Below are positions 38,385 through 47,939 of a DNA stretch of 64,000 bases, in pieces (position 1 is the first letter of the stretch; each line of letters begins with the position of its first letter). The DNA is taken from assembly GCA_002309375.1 (NCBI GenBank), contig DBXK01000041.1:2001-66000 (forward strand), written 5' to 3'. The notes beneath the pieces are model-generated. The model was not told where the DNA came from. It saw nothing but the letters and a program-made list of their open reading frames with translations, and searched no databases. Position numbers and translations under genes: made by a program. The DNA is from Christensenella sp. UBA1214. Its GTDB lineage: Bacteria; Bacillota; Clostridia; Christensenellales; CAG-138.

Positions 38385-39374
38385 ATGTTATTCGAAAGCA
38401 CCGCTGCCGCAGCGGCCGGCAGCACATTTTTCTTTGATTGGGAGATCTCCTTCATGGCTTGGCTGCAGGCGCGGCTGCCGGATTGGGCAACTCCGGTGAT
38501 CTCCGCTTTATCGATATTCGGCGAGGAGATGCTGCTCGTTGCGATCCTCGGCTTCTTCTATTGGAGCTATAATAAAAAGATCGGCAAGCGCATCGGCGTC
38601 TGCATGCTGACTTCGAACCTTTGGAATCCTTTGATCAAGGGCATTTTCCTTCGCCTGAGGCCATATATGGTCAGCGACAAGGTGAAGCTGCTCCGAAAGA
38701 TCGACAACAGTGCTGAGATCACGGACGTTGCGGCGCAGGGCTATTCATTTCCGAGCGGGCATTCCGCGAACGCCGTCGCGACCTATGGCTCGATCGGCAT
38801 TTCTTTGAAGAAAAAATGGATGACGGTCCTTGCATTCCTTCTGCCGCTGTTCGTCGGCTTTTCCCGCGTCGCCGTCGGCGCGCATTTCCCGACGGATGTT
38901 TTTGCCGGCTGGGGCATCGGCATCATCGTGCTCATTCTGATCCCGATGCTGCGCGAAAAGATCAAGAATCACTGGATCTTTTACGGAATACTTCTGCTGA
39001 CGGGCTTTCCGGGTTTCTTCTATTGCAAAAGCAACGATTTCTTCACTGCATACGGCATGATGCTCGGCTTTGCCTTGACCGAACCGTTCGAGGAGAAGTT
39101 CGTGAACTTCGAGAATACCCGCTGCCCGATCCGCATGATCCTTCGCGTTCTTGTCGGCGGCGGCCTGTATCTCGGACTGAATATGCTTCTTAAGCTCCCG
39201 TTCCCGAAATCATTCCTCGATAACGGCACGCTCGCGGCGAACCTTGTGCGTACAGTGCGCTATGCAATAGTCATATTCGCGGTAACTTCGCTTTATCCGA
39301 TGCTTTTCAAATACACCGCAAGGATCGGCAAAAAGAAAGAAGCGTCCGAAGAAAAAAACGAAGAAAAAGCATGA
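38385..39374 (+). CDS. PAP2 family lipid phosphatase
   Basis: KxxxxxxRP-like LRLRP, SFPSGHSANAV and SRVAVGAHFPTDV acid-phosphatase motifs. AGGAGG before ATG 38385. Confidence 0.85.
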   Translation: MLFESTAAAAAGSTFFFDWEISFMAWLQARLPDWATPVISALSIFGEEMLLVAILGFFYWSYNKKIGKRIGVCMLTSNLWNPLIKGIFLRLRPYMVSDKVKLLRKIDNSAEITDVAAQGYSFPSGHSANAVATYGSIGISLKKKWMTVLAFLLPLFVGFSRVAVGAHFPTDVFAGWGIGIIVLILIPMLREKIKNHWIFYGILLLTGFPGFFYCKSNDFFTAYGMMLGFALTEPFEEKFVNFENTRCPIRMILRVLVGGGLYLGLNMLLKLPFPKSFLDNGTLAANLVRTVRYAIVIFAVTSLYPMLFKYTARIGKKKEASEEKNEEKA

Positions 39375-39425
39375 CGGGCTCTTTCGGGGGCGTTTCGGTC
39401 GTGCAGTCATGATGGAGACCCGAAA

Positions 39426-40370
39426 ATGAAAAAGTATTCTTGCGCTGCTGCAACAAAAACGGGCAGACGGCCGAACAATCAGGATAATTATTTGCTGGGC
39501 GGCCGATTTGCGCCGCTTGAGCACGATCAGGAAGCATTCTGCTGCGCCGGAAAAACAAAGACGCCGCTGTTTGCGGCGGTCTGCGACGGCATGGGCGGCG
39601 AGGCCTTCGGCGAGAGGGCGTCGTTCGAAGCCTGTTCGGCGCTGGCGGATGCCGCAGGCTCCCTCGGTGAATCGTTTGAAGCCAACAAGGATGCGATCGG
39701 CAAAGCCATTATCGAAGCGAATGAGCGGATCTGCAGCATCATGCAGTCAGAGATGACGGGCAGGATGGGCAGTACTCTTGCCGCCGTGCTCCTTCAGGAT
39801 GACAGGCTTTATTATACCAATCTCGGTGACAGCAGGATCTACCTTCTCCGCGACGGAAAACTGCACCGGCTCACAAAGGACCATACAGAGGGCCAAACGA
39901 TGCTCGATGCGGGCATCCTGACCGCCGAACAGCTCAAGACGCATCCGAGCCGCAACAAGCTCAGCCTGCATCTCGGCATCTTTCCCGAAGAGGTTTCGAT
40001 CGAGCCTGCGGCTTATACCGACCTGCAGCTTGCGGGCTGCGACAGGCTGCTTTTGTGCAGCGACGGCGTTTACGGCGCGCTCGAAGAGGGTGAGCTCATT
40101 TCGATCCTCGGCGGCAGCGGTACAGCTGAAGACAGGGCCGGAATGCTGATCGATAAAGCATACGGCAACGGCAGCAGGGACAACATGACCGCGATGGTGA
40201 TAGACATAAAAGACAGCCGTTCGGTGCTCCTGCCCCTGGCTGTGATCGGTTCATGCCTGGCTCTCGCTGCCGCGGCGGCAGTCCTGCTGATGAATTGCTC
40301 AGCCGACGCTCCCGGCAATGAAAACCGGACGGAGGAACCGCAAACCTCGGTCGGGCCGACGGATACCTGA
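39426..40370 (+). CDS. PP2C-family Ser/Thr protein phosphatase with C-terminal TM anchor
   Basis: FAAVCDGMGGEAFGERAS, LLLCSDGVY and GSRDNMTAMVI motifs. TM LLPLAVIGSCLALAAAAAVLL. Confidence 0.85.
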   Translation: MKKYSCAAATKTGRRPNNQDNYLLGGRFAPLEHDQEAFCCAGKTKTPLFAAVCDGMGGEAFGERASFEACSALADAAGSLGESFEANKDAIGKAIIEANERICSIMQSEMTGRMGSTLAAVLLQDDRLYYTNLGDSRIYLLRDGKLHRLTKDHTEGQTMLDAGILTAEQLKTHPSRNKLSLHLGIFPEEVSIEPAAYTDLQLAGCDRLLLCSDGVYGALEEGELISILGGSGTAEDRAGMLIDKAYGNGSRDNMTAMVIDIKDSRSVLLPLAVIGSCLALAAAAAVLLMNCSADAPGNENRTEEPQTSVGPTDT

Positions 40371-40457
40371 ACCGAAGCCGGATGCCGATACTGCCCTGCG
40401 CATAGATAAAACAAGGACCGTGTTTAAGGAAAACACGGTCCTTTTGCATGAGAAAGC

Positions 40458-41822
40458 TTAATTATCGATCACGTCGAAGACAGCGGTGAAAACAGTGCCG
40501 CTTTCCTTGCTGCTCGAAACGCTGAGCTCCGCGCCGATCAGCTCCGCCGTGCCCTTCAGGATCGGCAGACCGAGGCCGTGGCCTTTTTCGCTGCGTGCCT
40601 TGTCGCCGCGATAGAACCGCTCGAAGATATGCGGAAGATCCTCTTCGGAGATCACGCTGCCGCGGTTGCGGACGGTGAAGCGCGCTTTCCTGCGGCTTTT
40701 ATTGAGTGCAACATCGACCTGCCCGCCGTCGGGCTCATATTTGAGCGCGTTTTCGATAAGACCGCTGATGATCTTTTCAACGCTCTGCGTGTCACCGGAA
40801 ATGGTGATGTTTTCCTCAATGCTTTCCGAAAGCTCGACGCCGCGGTCATAGGCGACGGATTCCATCTGCAGAACGCATTTTTCAGCCGCCTGCGAAAGAT
40901 CGACAGGGTGGAGCTCGGCGCTCTTTTTTGCGCCGCGGACGCCTTCGCCGACCGCTTCGAGCGAAGCGAGGGTCAGCATCTCGTCGACGAGTTTCATCAT
41001 GTTCTTCGCCGCATCGTCCGTGCTGTCGATCCATTGCCGCTGCTCCGCGACCGTCGCCTCCGGATTTGAACGAAGGATGCTGTTGTTCGCGAGCACGACA
41101 GTGACAGGGGTCTTGAGATCGTGCGAGATATCCTGAACGAACTGGCGCTCCATCTGCATCGCCCGCTCCATCGGTTTTGCGGCGAGCTTCGAAAGCCAGA
41201 TGCTGATCGGAAGCAGAAGCCCCATCGCGGCAATGAAAACGGCGCCGAGGAGCAGAGCATTGCGCAGCGTGCGGGAACTGATATACTCCTTGTCTGCGAT
41301 CGCGATCTTGTATCCGCCGGCAGTCGCTTCGCGACGGTAGATCACGCCGCTTTCGCTGAGCGTGCCGAAATCCTTTTCGGCGGAGACAATGGCGCTGACG
41401 GTTGCCGGAAGCTCGCTCTCATCCGCGGCATAGCCGTTGGAAAGCACGGAGATCTCGCCGCTCGAATTGTCATAATAAACGGTCATGATCCCTTCGCTCG
41501 AGATCATCCGGCCGCGTTTTTCGCCGCCGGGACGTTCGCCGTGCGGGCCTCCTTCCGGCGGTTCGCCTTCGGGCGGCGCATCATCGGGCTTTTCCCCGGA
41601 GGACGGCTCAAAATGCTGACCTTCGTCATCGCGGCCTCCGACGGGGCGGAAATCGCCGTTCGCGCCGGGTTCCCAGGGCTCGGTCACGAGCTGCATCGTT
41701 TTTTCGAGCTCGTTCATCTGCGCCTTGCGCTGCGAAATGCCGAGCGCGATGAACGCCGCGAGCAGCACGAAGCCGATCAGGCCCATATTATAGATGACGA
41801 ATCGCCTGCGGTAGCCGGTCAT
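40458..41822 (-). CDS. Sensor histidine kinase (HisKA + HATPase_c)
   Basis: H-box FVQDISHDLKTPVT, N-box LIENALKY, G-boxes. Two TMs flank a low-complexity extracytoplasmic loop. Confidence 0.9.
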   Translation of the reverse strand: MTGYRRRFVIYNMGLIGFVLLAAFIALGISQRKAQMNELEKTMQLVTEPWEPGANGDFRPVGGRDDEGQHFEPSSGEKPDDAPPEGEPPEGGPHGERPGGEKRGRMISSEGIMTVYYDNSSGEISVLSNGYAADESELPATVSAIVSAEKDFGTLSESGVIYRREATAGGYKIAIADKEYISSRTLRNALLLGAVFIAAMGLLLPISIWLSKLAAKPMERAMQMERQFVQDISHDLKTPVTVVLANNSILRSNPEATVAEQRQWIDSTDDAAKNMMKLVDEMLTLASLEAVGEGVRGAKKSAELHPVDLSQAAEKCVLQMESVAYDRGVELSESIEENITISGDTQSVEKIISGLIENALKYEPDGGQVDVALNKSRRKARFTVRNRGSVISEEDLPHIFERFYRGDKARSEKGHGLGLPILKGTAELIGAELSVSSSKESGTVFTAVFDVIDN

Positions 41823-42496
41823 GAACGGTTCACCTCCAGCCGGTAGCCGATCTTCGGGATCTTTTTGATCGAGATCACCGAACCGAGGTATTTGAGCTTC
41901 TTGCGGATGAAGGAAACATAGACCTCAACATTGTTGTCGGTCGCTTCGGAATCCATGCCCCAGCCGTTGATCAGCAGCGTTTCCGTCGGAACGGTCATGT
42001 TGGGATTCATCAAAAACGTGCGCAGTACTTCGAATTCCTTGTGGCTGAGCTGAACGGACTGCCCGGCGCAGCTGAGCATTGCGGATTGAAGATCGAGGGT
42101 CAGATCTTCATAATCGATATTGTTGACAACAACATCGCCGCGGCGGCGGGTGAGAGCGCCGACTCTCGCGAGCAGCTCCGCCGTGTCGAAGGGCTTGGTC
42201 ATGTAATCATCGGCGCCGCTGTTGAGGCCCGTGACCTTGTCGCCCGTCGTCGTGCGGGCTGTGAGCATCAAAACCGGAGTGCTCACGCCGTCCTTGCGCA
42301 GGATGCGTATGACCTCGAAGCCGTCGAGCTTCGGAAGCATGACGTCCAGGATGATCAGATTGTATTCAAGCCCTTTCGCGTAATCGATCGCGGAGAGCCC
42401 GTCGTGAACGCAGTCCACGAAATAGCCCTGCTGCTCAAGGATCTTCTTGAGCGCTTTTGCAAGGGAGCGTTCATCTTCAACAATGAGAATCTGCAT
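41819..42496 (-). CDS. OmpR-family response regulator
   Basis: MQILIVEDE...LIILDVMLPKLDG receiver domain and a winged-helix C-terminus (VEVYVSFIRKKL...GYRL). Confidence 0.92.
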   Translation of the reverse strand: MQILIVEDERSLAKALKKILEQQGYFVDCVHDGLSAIDYAKGLEYNLIILDVMLPKLDGFEVIRILRKDGVSTPVLMLTARTTTGDKVTGLNSGADDYMTKPFDTAELLARVGALTRRRGDVVVNNIDYEDLTLDLQSAMLSCAGQSVQLSHKEFEVLRTFLMNPNMTVPTETLLINGWGMDSEATDNNVEVYVSFIRKKLKYLGSVISIKKIPKIGYRLEVNRS

Positions 42497-42767
42497 ATGG
42501 GAGTTCCTCCTTTACGGATGCGGTCTCGCCGCGGGAAGGATTCTTCTTCTCTTCCGATTATAGCATAGTTTAGCAGAGCCTGCTGAAATATTTCTGAAAA
42601 AAGTTTTTGTTTTGTTTAATATCGGTTTAAGATTTCGGAGTATAATTCGGCTCAGAACAAGGGAAGGGGCCGGCGGAAAGCTCCGGAAAGATTTGAACCG
42701 AAGCGCCCCGCCCCGGAACGGCAATATGCGGCGGCGCAGCCGCGAAAACAGAAGGAGGATGACAATT

Positions 42768-43370
42768 ATGAAAAAAAGAAGAACGATCGTGATCATGGCG
42801 GCAATGCTCGCGCTGATGCTGACGGTGCTGCCGATCCTGAACCTGACTTCGGCATCTGCCGAAGCCGCACAGGGCGAAGAAACGGAGCAAAGCGGAACTG
42901 ATGAAGAGCAGGCGATGCCTGCGCTGAGCTTCGAAAACGGCGAACCCCCGCAAGGCGCTCAGGGTGAGCCGATGCAGGGCAGCCCCGGCGAACCGCCGGA
43001 GGGCTTCAGCGGTGAGATGCCGCAGGGCTTCCCGGAAGGCGGGGACGGCGGAATGCAGTTCCAGAACGGCGGAAACGGTGAATCCGGCGGCCGGAAAAGC
43101 GGCAGACGCGGCGAAACGGGCTCCAACGGCCAGGCCGGAGAAACCAGCGGAAAGAATGACGGCACCTGCACGAACTGCAGCCGGAAGTGCACGAGCATCT
43201 GGCCGACGGCGCTGATCGCGGGAGCTATCGGCCTCGCGGCGGGGATCGCGGGCACGGTGATCGTAATTGCACTCAAAAACAGAATCAAGCGGGAAAAAAC
43301 CGCTGAAGCAAAGCAGGCTGAAGTAAAGGAGAATGCCGATGAAGTAAAAGACGAAGCGTCCGAAGAATGA
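42768..43370 (+). CDS. Secreted/bitopic low-complexity (Gly/Glu/Pro/Gln-rich) membrane protein
   Basis: GAAGGAGG lies 9 nt before ATG 42768. Signal peptide, a GEPPQGAQGEPMQGSPGEPPEGFSGEMPQGFPEGG tract, TM ALIAGAIGLAAGIAGTVIVIAL, and a charged tail. Confidence 0.6.
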   Translation: MKKRRTIVIMAAMLALMLTVLPILNLTSASAEAAQGEETEQSGTDEEQAMPALSFENGEPPQGAQGEPMQGSPGEPPEGFSGEMPQGFPEGGDGGMQFQNGGNGESGGRKSGRRGETGSNGQAGETSGKNDGTCTNCSRKCTSIWPTALIAGAIGLAAGIAGTVIVIALKNRIKREKTAEAKQAEVKENADEVKDEASEE

Positions 43371-43504
43371 CCGACAGTTCGCATAGGCCGGTTTTAATGA
43401 TCGGGATCGGGCCGTAAAAGGCCCGATCTGCTTTTTTATGCTGTGAAAAACACTGCGTTTATGCTATAATGAAAGCGATCAAAGAACCCGAAAGGAGATC
43501 AATT

Positions 43505-44176
43505 ATGAACAGAACGATCACCGTGCGCGGCGTCGGGACCGCAAAGACAAAACCCGACCAGATCATCGTTTCGATCGACCTAAACGCAAAGGACATGGAT
43601 TATGAAAAGGCGATCTTTCTCGCCGACGACAAGATCGAGCGGCTGACCTCGGCTTTATGTGCGGTCGGCTATGAAAAGGACGCGCTTAAGACAGTCAACT
43701 TCAACGTCAACACGAGCTACCAGGGTTATCATGACGATAAAGGCATGTACCGCCAGGTCTTCGACGGCTATATCGTCAATCACAGCCTGAAGCTTGCGTT
43801 CGATTTTTCCAATGAGCGTCTCGGCGAAACGCTGACGGCGATCGCCTCCTGCGATACGCAGCCCCAACTCAACATCAGCTTTACCGTCAAGGATCCCGCC
43901 GGGATCAAGGAAGCCCTTCTGAAAAGCGCGGCGGAAAACGCAAAGAGCAAGGCGGAGCTGCTTACCGCCGCTTCCGGCGTGCGCCTCGGCCAATTGATCA
44001 ATATCGATTATAACTGGGGCGAAGTGAACACCTTCTCCCGCACGCGGTTCAACGCGATGGATGAAGCGGAGGAAGCAAAGCCGATGATGCGCGCTTTCGG
44101 CGCCAGCGCCAATTTCACGCCGGAGGATATCTCCTCGAGCGATTCGGCGGCATTCACATGGGAGATCATGGATTGA
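43505..44176 (+). CDS. SIMPL (DUF541) domain protein
   Basis: MNRTITVRGVGTAKTKPDQIIVSIDL is a typical SIMPL N-terminus. AAGGAG SD before ATG 43505. Confidence 0.75.
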   Translation: MNRTITVRGVGTAKTKPDQIIVSIDLNAKDMDYEKAIFLADDKIERLTSALCAVGYEKDALKTVNFNVNTSYQGYHDDKGMYRQVFDGYIVNHSLKLAFDFSNERLGETLTAIASCDTQPQLNISFTVKDPAGIKEALLKSAAENAKSKAELLTAASGVRLGQLINIDYNWGEVNTFSRTRFNAMDEAEEAKPMMRAFGASANFTPEDISSSDSAAFTWEIMD

Positions 44177-44233
44177 GCAGATCAAAGAAAGAGCCCCGGA
44201 GGAACGGCCGTCCGGGGCTTTGCTTTTCTGCTT

Positions 44234-44821
44234 TTAAATAATGCTTTTCCCAAACGGCACGGAGGTCACGTGCACCGGCCGTTTATCGATGAATTCAACA
44301 GTAAAACCGGTCCCGGGCTCCGGGGTGAAGGAGTACCGCCCGTTGACGGCAAGGAACCAATGCTGCATCAGCCCGCCGATGACTCCTCCGTGGGTGATGA
44401 TAACTGCGTCCTCGCTCGCGCCGATCAGCGGAGCAAGCGCGCGCAGAGCCCGGCGGGTGACCTGATCCCCGCTTTCGCCGTTCGGGCAGACATTCGCTTC
44501 GATGTCGCCCGTGATCCATTTCTGATAGGCGTCGGTATTGCAGAGCTCCTGATAGGTCTTCATTTCGAAATCGCCGAAATCGATCTCGCGCATATCGCTT
44601 AAAACGCCGTGGGGGATATCGCCGTAAAGCGCCTTGAAGGTCTGCTCCGTGCGCAGCATCCCGCTCGTATAATAATGCGGCGCGGTCGGATAGCCGCCGC
44701 CTTCCGCCATCTTTTGCAGTTTCATCACGCTGCAGGGAAGCAGCGGCAGTTCGGTGCTGCCGTAATAGAGCTTTTTCATATTGCCTTCGGTCACTCCGTG
44801 GCGGATAAGCGTGAGCTTCAT
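44234..44821 (-). CDS. cobC: Alpha-ribazole phosphatase (histidine phosphatase family)
   Basis: LIRHGVTEGN RHG motif, and last position in the cob nucleotide-loop operon. Confidence 0.75.
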   Translation of the reverse strand: MKLTLIRHGVTEGNMKKLYYGSTELPLLPCSVMKLQKMAEGGGYPTAPHYYTSGMLRTEQTFKALYGDIPHGVLSDMREIDFGDFEMKTYQELCNTDAYQKWITGDIEANVCPNGESGDQVTRRALRALAPLIGASEDAVIITHGGVIGGLMQHWFLAVNGRYSFTPEPGTGFTVEFIDKRPVHVTSVPFGKSII

Positions 44822-45195
44822 TTGAGCACCTCCCCGATGCCGCAGAAGAGCCGCGTGACGCGGTCGGCTTTTTTTGCAAGCGCGGCAAGGACCTGCCCGT
44901 GCAGCTCCCGCCAGTATCTTTCGGTTTTATCCATCGGCACGATGCCGGAGCCGATCTCCCGCGAAATGATGAGCATCGGCGCCGTTGAGTGGGGTTCAAG
45001 CGCCCGGAGGACCTCCTCCGCGCTCATGCCGCTTTCCGCACAGCGCTTCGTGTATGCTTCAAGATGGCGAATCGCACGCGCAGCGCCGTCCGGCCATAAG
45101 AGCGCAAGGTCGAGCACTTCACTTTCGTCGATGCCGTATTCTCTTTTCGCGTATGTCAGTTTTCCCGAATACGCGCCGCCGATGATGAGCTCCAT
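44818..45195 (-). CDS. Truncated/degenerate CobU-like protein
   Basis: 125 aa. Imperfect P-loop GGAYSGKL. The C-terminus (IISREIGSGIVPMDKTERYWRELHGQVLAALAKKADRVTRLFCGIGEVLK) matches the CobU C-terminal region, but the central part is missing. Confidence 0.55.
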   Translation of the reverse strand: MELIIGGAYSGKLTYAKREYGIDESEVLDLALLWPDGAARAIRHLEAYTKRCAESGMSAEEVLRALEPHSTAPMLIISREIGSGIVPMDKTERYWRELHGQVLAALAKKADRVTRLFCGIGEVLK

Positions 45196-45205
45196 TTTTC
45201 ACCTT

Positions 45206-46258
45206 TCAGCCGATCATGACCGTTCTTTGAGCGAAGCCGCCCTGCACGAATACCAGCACCGCAGCGCCGAAAAGCTCGCCGAGCGTGAGCGCAAAGCCGG
45301 AGATATCGCCGTTCATTCCGTCAAGGTTTTTATAGGCGATCAAAGCGAAGATCCAATAGAATAATGCCGCCGCGGCGGGAGCGAGGCCGAATACGCCGAA
45401 AAGCAGCGCGGGCACAGCCGCGGCGAGGATGAGGAGCGCTGCCAGCACGACGCGGAAGCGTGCATGCTGCTTTTTTCGAAGGGCAAGCTCCGATGCGAGC
45501 TCCTTTTCGCGTTCCTTCGGGAGAGTGTCCGCAGCGCCGCTATCGGCAGCCTGCACCGAAAGATCGGCAACGCCCTCGGTCTTGAGCTCGGCGCCGTTCG
45601 GCGAATCCCCGGCATCAGCCGCATTCACGCCGTTCATTTCGGCATATTGGCTCGTTTTCATGCTCCTGAGCGAAAGCACGGCAAGCCCGGCGCAGGCGCG
45701 GCTCGCGACGGGGATCAGCCCGAGGGAAAGCAGGAACGCGAACCGCGGATCTTGGATCAGCCCGAAGATCGGGGAACGACCTCCGCTTTCGAGCGCACGC
45801 ATCGCACAGCCGGAGGAGAAACACGGCATGATGCTTCCGCAGGCCGCCTGAGGCGCCTTTTCAGCGGAGAAGAACACGCAGAACTGCGCCAAAACGAGCA
45901 GCATGAGGCAGATCACGCCAAACGCCCCGCAGTGGGGATCCTTGAGTATTTTTTGCCGCGTTTGAAGGTCGCGGTGGGAGAGCATCGCATCGCAGACGTC
46001 CGAATAACCGTCCAAATGGAGGAAGCCCGTCACAAGCCACGGCAAGGCGGCAAGCAGCAGCGCGGCGACCGCGCGGGGCAGGGCAAGAAGCTCCGTGAGC
46101 CACGCGATGAGCGCCCATAATCCGCCGACGATGACGCCGATGAACGGCAGGCAGACGAGCATCCGCGAGCGCTGGCCTTCGTCCCATTTCCGAACGGGGC
46201 AGGGGATCGCGAGAAACATTCCCCACGCCATGAAAAATGCGTTGAACCGGGCTTTCAT
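45206..46258 (-). CDS. cobS: Adenosylcobinamide-GDP ribazoletransferase (cobalamin synthase), unusually long
   Basis: FLHLDGYSDVCDA and DGMNGDISGFALTLGEL motifs. 350 aa versus the usual size of about 250, with an Ala/Asp/Glu-rich internal insert. Confidence 0.85.
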   Translation of the reverse strand: MKARFNAFFMAWGMFLAIPCPVRKWDEGQRSRMLVCLPFIGVIVGGLWALIAWLTELLALPRAVAALLLAALPWLVTGFLHLDGYSDVCDAMLSHRDLQTRQKILKDPHCGAFGVICLMLLVLAQFCVFFSAEKAPQAACGSIMPCFSSGCAMRALESGGRSPIFGLIQDPRFAFLLSLGLIPVASRACAGLAVLSLRSMKTSQYAEMNGVNAADAGDSPNGAELKTEGVADLSVQAADSGAADTLPKEREKELASELALRKKQHARFRVVLAALLILAAAVPALLFGVFGLAPAAAALFYWIFALIAYKNLDGMNGDISGFALTLGELFGAAVLVFVQGGFAQRTVMIG

Positions 46259-46265
46259 TTCCTTT

Positions 46266-46850
46266 TCAATCCTCCTCCAACTGCGGAAAAACTCCCTTGT
46301 GCGGGATCAGAACTCCGGCTGTGACTTCGCCGACCGCATCGAAAGCGGCGGCAAGCCGGTTGAGCACGGCGGCAAGCGCGGCGCGCCAGAGCTCGGTCGT
46401 TTTATCGAAAACGATCCCGTCGCGGAAAACATCGTCCGCAACGCAGATGATATTACCAAATGAATCGGCAAGCCGCATCAGCCCGCGGAACGAGCTCTCC
46501 TGCGCTTCTTCCGCGCGTTTGGCGGCGCCCTTCGCATCGAAGTTTTCCTCCACGAAGCCGCCGAACATCTCATTCGTAACGAGCGCGGTCACGCTGTCGA
46601 AAAGCACCGAAGCGATTCCGCAGCCTTCGGGCAGCGGCGCAGACTCCAGCCCGCGGCCGCATTCGACCGTTTCGAAGCCCCAGCCCTCGCGGTCGAGAAG
46701 ATGTTTTTCGATCCGCTCGCGGTCCTCGCCGTCGACCGGCTCCATCGTCGCCCAATAGTACATCGGCCCGCCCGCCGCAAGCTTCTTTGCAAGCCTCTGC
46801 GCAAGGCGGCTTTTGCCGCTTTTGCTTCCGCCGATCAACAGGATCTTCAT
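46266..46850 (-). CDS. cobU: Adenosylcobinamide kinase / adenosylcobinamide-phosphate guanylyltransferase
   Basis: MKILLIGGSKSGKS P-loop, plus size and operon context. Confidence 0.85.
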   Translation of the reverse strand: MKILLIGGSKSGKSRLAQRLAKKLAAGGPMYYWATMEPVDGEDRERIEKHLLDREGWGFETVECGRGLESAPLPEGCGIASVLFDSVTALVTNEMFGGFVEENFDAKGAAKRAEEAQESSFRGLMRLADSFGNIICVADDVFRDGIVFDKTTELWRAALAAVLNRLAAAFDAVGEVTAGVLIPHKGVFPQLEED

Positions 46851-46853
46851 AAA

Positions 46854-47939
46854 CTAAAACTCTTTTTCGGGGATATTCGCAAGGTATCCGTCGTCGATCG
46901 ATGCTTCCCCGAAGGTCGCCATGCCGTTCATCGCGGCGCAGGCTCCGCGCATGATCTGAAACGCGAGCGGACAGCCGCTGCCCTCGCCGAGACGCATGCC
47001 GAGGTGCAGGATCGGCGCAATGCCGAGCTCCGCTTCCGCGATGCGGCTCCCGTTCTCCTTCGAGGCGTGCGCAATGAACAGAAAATCGGAAACAGCGGGG
47101 CAGAGCCGAACCGCGCAGAGCGCGGCGACGACGGAGATGAACCCGTCCGCCACGGCGGGTATGCGGTTCGCCGCAAGGCCGAGATAGGCTCCGGCCATCG
47201 CCGCAAGGTCGAACCCCCCGACCTTCGAAAGAACGTCGATAACGTCGCCGGCGTCGGGCCTGTTCAGCGCGACGGCGCGGGCGATCACTTCCTTTTTATG
47301 TTCGAACGCTTCCTGCGAGAGCCCGCTCCCGAGGCCCGTCACGGCCTCGGCCGTGGCGCTTGTGAGCGCGGAAAGCACGGCGGCGGAGGTCGTCGTGTTG
47401 CCGATACCCATTTCGCCGACGCCGACGGCTTCGATCCCGTCCGTTTTCGCGCGGTCCGCCGCTTCGATCCCCGCTTCGAGCGCCGTAAGGCATTCATCGC
47501 GGGTCATCGCAGGTTCTATGTAAATATCATTTGTGCCGCGTGAGATCTTGCGGTCGATGATTCCCGGATGGCGGAGATCCGAATTGATACCGACGTCGAT
47601 GATCTCCGTCCCGTCCCCGAAAAAGTCGGCGAGGGCGGACATGCCGGTCCGGTGCTTCGTCATATTGACCGCCTGCGAAAGCGTGACGCTCTGCGGCGTG
47701 ACGGCAACGCCTTCCCGAACAACGCCGTTGTCGGCGCAGAAAACGAGGATCCGCCGCTTCTCAAGGCTGTTTTTGACCTTCCCGGTGATCCCGGCAAGGC
47801 GGATCGAGAGCTCCTCGAGCCTTCCGAGGCTGCCCGGCGGCTTCGCGAGCTCCGTCTGCCTCTTCCGCGCGGCGTCTATCGCGGCTCCGTCGGCGCCGCG
47901 GATCGACGATATGATTCTTTTGAGTTCGCTTTCGGTCAT
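46854..47939 (-). CDS. cobT: Nicotinate-nucleotide--dimethylbenzimidazole phosphoribosyltransferase
   Basis: KPPGSLGRLEELSIRLAGI, GVGEMGIGNTT and GEGSGCPLA motifs. Confidence 0.9.
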   Translation of the reverse strand: MTESELKRIISSIRGADGAAIDAARKRQTELAKPPGSLGRLEELSIRLAGITGKVKNSLEKRRILVFCADNGVVREGVAVTPQSVTLSQAVNMTKHRTGMSALADFFGDGTEIIDVGINSDLRHPGIIDRKISRGTNDIYIEPAMTRDECLTALEAGIEAADRAKTDGIEAVGVGEMGIGNTTTSAAVLSALTSATAEAVTGLGSGLSQEAFEHKKEVIARAVALNRPDAGDVIDVLSKVGGFDLAAMAGAYLGLAANRIPAVADGFISVVAALCAVRLCPAVSDFLFIAHASKENGSRIAEAELGIAPILHLGMRLGEGSGCPLAFQIMRGACAAMNGMATFGEASIDDGYLANIPEKEF

